This document shows positions 60,429 through 64,000 of a stretch of 64,000 bases of DNA, piece by piece. Location: positions 948,738 through 1,012,737 of the forward strand of contig CAWIPP010000002.1 of assembly GCA_963838175.1 (NCBI GenBank). The letters are read 5' to 3'. The notes beneath the pieces were generated by a model, which was not told the origin of the DNA, did not search any database, and saw nothing but the letters and a program-made list of their open reading frames with translations. Each line of letters opens with the position of its first letter. Positions within the stretch are counted from its first letter, which is position 1. A program made the position numbers and the translations under genes. This DNA comes from an uncultured Thermoleophilia bacterium. GTDB lineage: Bacteria; Actinomycetota; Thermoleophilia; Solirubrobacterales; 70-9.

Positions 60429-61753
60429 CGCGCTCCCCATCGTCGGGCTTGATGTCGACGGCGTCTTCCAGGTGCTCGGAGTGGATCATCTCGTCGTCGA
60501 GCGCGAGGCCCTGGTGGTGGAGGGTGTGGCCGAGGCGGTCGCGCTTGGTGCGCAGGTAGTCCTCGTTGTGGGGATTGGCGACGAGGCGGATCGGCACCTG
60601 CTCGGTGACCGAGAGGCCGTATCCCTCGAGCCCGATGATCTTCTTCGGGTTGTTGGTGAGGATGCGGATGCTGGACAGCCCGAGGTCGCCGAGGATCTGG
60701 GCGCCAATCCCGTAATCGCGCAGGTCGGCGGGGAGGCCGAGCTTGAGGTTGGCGTCGACGGTGTCGAGGCCGTCCTCCTGGAGCTGGTAGGCGCGCAGCT
60801 TGTTGAGCAGGCCGATGCCCCGGCCCTCCTGGGAGAGGTAGAGGAGCACGCCCTCCCCCTCGCGCTCGATCATCGCGAGCGCCGCGGCGAGCTGCTCGCC
60901 GCAATCACAGCGCAGGCTGTGGAAGACGTCGCCGGTCAGGCATTCGGAGTGGACTCGGACCAGGACGTCCTCCTTGCCGGACACCTCGCCCTTGACCATC
61001 GCCACGTGGTGCTTGTCGTCGACGAGCGAGCGGTAGCCGACCGCGCGTGAACTCGCCGTAATGCGGTCGGCAGCTTGGTCGAGACGATCCGCTCGATCAG
61101 CTTCTCGGTCCGCCGCCGGTAGGAGATCAGGTCGGCGACCGTGATCATCTTCAGCCCGTGCCGCTCGCAGTAGGCGATCGAGGTCGGGGACGCGGGCCAT
61201 GGTCCCGTCCTCGTTCATGACCTCGCAGATCACCCCGGCCGGGATCAGGCCGGCGAGGCGCGCGAGGTCGACCGAAGCCTCGGTGTGGCCGGTGCGCTCG
61301 AGGACGCCGCCCTCCTTCGCCTTGAGCGGGAAGACGTGGCCGGGCTGGTGCAGGTCGTCCGGGCGTCGAGTGGGGGTCGATCGCGACCTGGACGGTGCGG
61401 GCGCGGTCGTGGGCGGAGATCCCGGTGGTGACGCCCTCGGCCGCCTCGATCGTGACCGTGAAGGCGGTCTGGAGCGGCGCCTCGTTCTTCGCCGCCATCA
61501 GCTTCAGGCCGAGCTCCTCGCAGCGCTCCGGGGTCATCGCCAGGCAGATCAGGCCGCGGGCCTCTTTGGCCATGAAGTTGATCGCCTCGGGCGTCGCGAA
61601 CTGCGCGGCGAGCACGAGGTCTCCCTCGTTCTCGCGGTCCTCCCCGTCGCAGACGACGACCATTTGCCGCGCCGGATCGTCCTCGAGCGCCTCCTCGATG
61701 GTGGAAGAAGCGCTTTCCGTCGCGGTCTTCGCTGTCTCGGTTCGCTCAGCCAT
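60421..61753 (-). CDS. ribBA: Bifunctional 3,4-dihydroxy-2-butanone-4-phosphate synthase / GTP cyclohydrolase II; frame-disrupted
   Basis: ATG at 61753. ..[43 protein letters not shown].. / ..[14 protein letters not shown].. / ..[58 protein letters not shown].. Confidence 0.88.
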
Positions 61754-62354
61754 TCGTTGCGTTCCCTCCTTCCTGTAGACGAGGCGCTCGACGTAGCGGG
61801 CGACGACGTCGACCTCGATGTTGACGACGCGGCCCGGCTCGGCCGAGCCGAGGTTCGTCCGCTCGAGCGTCTCGGGGATCAGCGAGACCTCGAAGCCGCG
61901 GTCGGTGAGCGCGGCGACGGTGAGGCTGACGCCGTCCACCGCGATCGAGCCGCGTTCGACGACGTAGCGGCGGAGCTCCGCGGGCAGCTCGACCTCGATC
62001 CGCTGCGCGATCCCGTCCTCTGCGACGGCCGCGACCGTGCCAGTGCCGTCGACGTGGCCCTGGACGACGTGGCCGCCGAGGCGGTCGGCGGCGCGCAGCG
62101 CGAGCTCGAGGTTGACCGGGTCGCCGGCGCCGAGCGGCCCGAGCGAGGTCACGGCCAGGGTCTGGTTCATCACGTCGGCCTCGAAGCCGCCGCCGTCGAC
62201 CGCGGCGGCGGTGAGGCAGGCGCCGTTGACCGAGATCGAGTCGCCCTCGGCGAGCTTCGCCGGCGAGCGCGGTCTGGATCCGCAGGCGCGCGCCGTCGGC
62301 GTCGCGCTCGGCCGAGGCGACCGTGCCGACGTCCGCGATCAGGCCGGTGAACAT
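61746..62354 (-). CDS. ribE: Riboflavin synthase alpha chain; frame-disrupted, 3' end ambiguous
   Basis: [12 protein letters not shown].. / ..[12 protein letters not shown].. (my own translation) / ..[56 protein letters not shown].. Confidence 0.82.
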   Translation of the reverse strand: MFTGLIADVGTVASAERDADGARLRIQTALAGEARRGRLDLGQRRLPHRRRGRRRRLRGRRDEPDPGRDLARAARRRRPGQPRARAARRRPPRRPRRPGPRRRHWHGRGRRRGRDRAADRGRAARGAPPLRRRTRLDRGGRRQPHRRRAHRPRLRGLADPRDARADEPRLGRAGPRRQHRGRRRRPLRRAPRLQEGGNATNG

Positions 62355-62355
62355 C

Positions 62356-63481
62356 TCACCACTCCCGTAGCCGCGCGGTGATCAGGACGTCCTCGCCGGA
62401 GGGCTCGGAGGTGAGCGAGAGCGCGCGCTCGGCCGCCTCGATGCGCTCGAGCCCCAGGCCGGCCGCGATCGGTGCCGCCTCGGCCCCGCCGATCAGGACG
62501 GGTGCGATGAACAGCCGCAGCTCGTCGAGCTCGCCGGCGTCGAGGAAGGCGCCGGCGAGCGTCGATCCGCCCTCGAGCAGCACGCTGGTGATCCCGCGAC
62601 GGCCGAGCTCGGCGAGCGCAGCGGTGACTCCCTCGCAGGCGTGCACCTCCGCGCCCACTTCGCGGAGGCCGTCGACGCTATCCGCGGAGGCGTCGGTGTC
62701 CGTCATGACGTAGAGCGGTGCTTCGTCGATGCTGCTGACCAGCTTCGAGTCCAGCGGCAGTCGAGCTGCCGAGTCGAAGACGACGCGGGCCGGCTGGCGG
62801 GCGGCGGGCGGGTCGAGGTCTCGGGCGGTGAGCAGCGGGTCGTCGGCGAGGGCCGTGCCGATCCCGACCGCGACCGCGTCGGACTCGGCGCGCCAGCGGT
62901 GAACACGGGCGCGGCTCGCCTCGCCTGAGATCCACCGCGAGTCGCCGGTGCGCGTCGCGATCCTGCCGTCCAGCGAGCTTGCCATTTTCAACGTCACAAG
63001 GGGCAGGCCCGTGCGGGAGTGCTTGCGGAAGGGCTGGTTGAGCAGGCGCGCCGCGGTCGCCTCGGCACCCTGGGCGAGCTCGACCTCGCGGCCGTCGTCG
63101 CGGAGGATGCCCGGCCCCCGGCCGCTCGCCTTCTCGCTCGGGTCCTCGGAGGCGATCACGACGCGGGCGATCGGCGTCGCGAGGATCGCCTCGGTGCACG
63201 GCGGCGTCCTGCCCTGGTGGGCGCACGGCTCCAGCGTCACGTACATCGTCGCGCCGTCGAGGTCGGCGCCGCGGGCGCGGGCGTCGGCGATCGCGGCGAC
63301 CTCCGCGTGCTCGGCGCCGAGCTCCGCATGCCAGCCCTCGCCGAGGACCTCGGAGCCGCGGGCGATCACCGCACCGACGAGCGGGTTGGGGCTGACTCGG
63401 CCCCGCCCCGCTCGGCCAGCTCCAGCGCGCGGCGGAGATGCGCCTCTTCCCGCTCGCGCGTTATCTGGCCTTCGCGGTCAT
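62356..63481 (-). CDS. ribD: Bifunctional riboflavin biosynthesis protein RibD (deaminase/reductase); two frame shifts near the 5' end
   Basis: ORF 62356-63369 is intact (..HAEVAAI..TLEPCAHQGRTPPCTEAI..LKMASSLDGRIA..GGSTLAGAFL..). Upstream, ..EEAHLRRALELAERGRG / RVSPNPLVGAVIARG.. and ATG at 63481 lie in other frames. Confidence 0.88.
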
Positions 63482-63484
63482 CTC

Positions 63485-63504
63485 TTGACTGACTGGTCAG
63501 TCAA
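63485..63504. promoter_or_regulatory. Near-perfect palindrome TTGACTGAC-tg-GTCAGTCAA immediately upstream of the ribD ATG (candidate operator or RNA hairpin)
   Basis: Two 9-bp inverted arms separated by 2 nt, AT-richer than the surrounding sequence. It ends 3 nt before the ribD start and contains the stop codon (63497-63499) of the upstream gene. Confidence 0.4.
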
Positions 63505-63963
63505 CATCGCAATTGTACGCGCTATTCGACACGCCGTCCAGACGGAGTAGTACGTCGTCGTGCGCGATCGGCTCGAGGCCAACCGGGGGAAGCCTGCGTG
63601 GTCGCGGCGGTGTCGCCGTCGAAGGCCTGCTTGTCGAGTGTGCGGCGGCCCTGGCCGATCGCGAGCTCACCGGCGATCACGGGCGGTAGCTCGGGGTCGC
63701 TGCGGGAGATCACCTCGTCCGAGTCGGCGTCGAGGAGCCAGCGGACGTCGGGGACGATCTTGTGGGTCGGGGTCGTCACCGGTCCGCAGCCGGCGTCGAT
63801 CCGCTCCTCGACCGCGGGCGAGGCGAGCACCCGCTCGAGGCTCGCGTTCGCCTCCGATGCGGAAGGTGAGGTCGGCGTTGAACTCGCCGAGCGCGAGCGT
63901 GCGGGTCAGGGTGAAGACGATGACCGCGGCGAGGATCGCCGCCGCGCCCGCGGCCCAGACCAC
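63497..63963 (-). CDS. Hypothetical membrane-anchored/exported protein upstream of ribD; two frame shifts, start provisional
   Basis: ..VWAAGAAAILAAVIVFTLTRTLALGEFNADLTF.. / ..ASLERVLASPAVEERIDAGCGPVTTPTHKIVPDVRWLLDADSDEVI..GELAIGQGRRTLDKQAFDG.. / ..LEPIAHDDVLLRLDGVSNSAYNCDVD* from my own translation. No family recognised. Confidence 0.35.
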
Positions 63964-64000
63964 GCGCCAGCACGCCGGAAGCGCTCGACCGCGGCGAAAC

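Noticed and set aside
63505-63700. Weak resemblance of ..GAGCCGAT..CCGTCTGGACGG.. to the 3' part of the FMN riboswitch
   Set aside because: The spacing between the two segments is about 25 nt instead of about 4 nt. The 5' conserved segments are absent, and the region reads as coding sequence for the upstream gene.

Overview
This is a high-GC (about 70%) chromosomal segment that looks actinobacterial, and it has two parts.

(i) 1-16.2 kb is an accessory region. It consists of two tandem, decayed islands bounded by direct repeats of the 3' half of a tRNA-Gly(GCC) gene. The intact gene is at 16174-16247, with partial copies at 6873-6916 and 1038-1073 and a 15-nt vestige at 5089-5103. A tyrosine-integrase remnant lies next to the middle repeat. 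The cargo is stress and redox genes:
- a universal stress protein (USP)
- a tandem array of SnoaL-like paralogs
- DUF2182, DUF899 and an SBP56 selenium-binding protein
- an ANTAR regulator
- a triplicated epoxide hydrolase (one intact copy, one frameshifted, one fragment)
- a tightly coupled operon encoding a thioredoxin-fold protein, DUF2007, a sulfite-oxidase-fold Mo enzyme, an FNR-like flavin reductase, RraA and MsrA
- an IS110-family element

(ii) 16.2-64 kb is conserved housekeeping synteny:
- RNase H, an EF-G paralog, a FliA/WhiG sigma factor and XerC/D
- PlsC-like acyltransferase and epimerase
- ilvD and thiD
- yifB-dprA-yraN
- rnhB-lepB-rplS-trmD-KH-rpsP-ffh-ftsY-smc-rnc-acpP-plsX-rpmF-DUF177
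- coaD-rsmD-recG
- rpmB
- ribH-ribBA-ribE-ribD

An IS481-family element sits exactly on the coaD stop codon.

By my reading, about 35 of roughly 56 genes in part (ii) need at least one frame change to give a full-length product. These include the essential genes rpsP, rplS, trmD, ffh and ftsY. This most likely reflects indel errors in the sequence rather than biology, so coordinates for those genes are outer bounds only.

I saw no rRNA, CRISPR array, prophage, recognisable defence or toxin-antitoxin system, or biosynthetic cluster.

The most noteworthy observations are:
- the nested tRNA-Gly att repeats
- the cytoplasmic Mo-enzyme/flavin-reductase pair next to msrA
- an smc gene about one third too short with no visible hinge
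- a GGGGTCTGACCCC-containing repeat that fills one intergenic gap and also occurs in frame inside an acidic C-terminal extension of rplS
- the absence of rimM and of an FMN riboswitch where they are usually found

I cannot claim a clearly novel multi-gene system from sequence alone.
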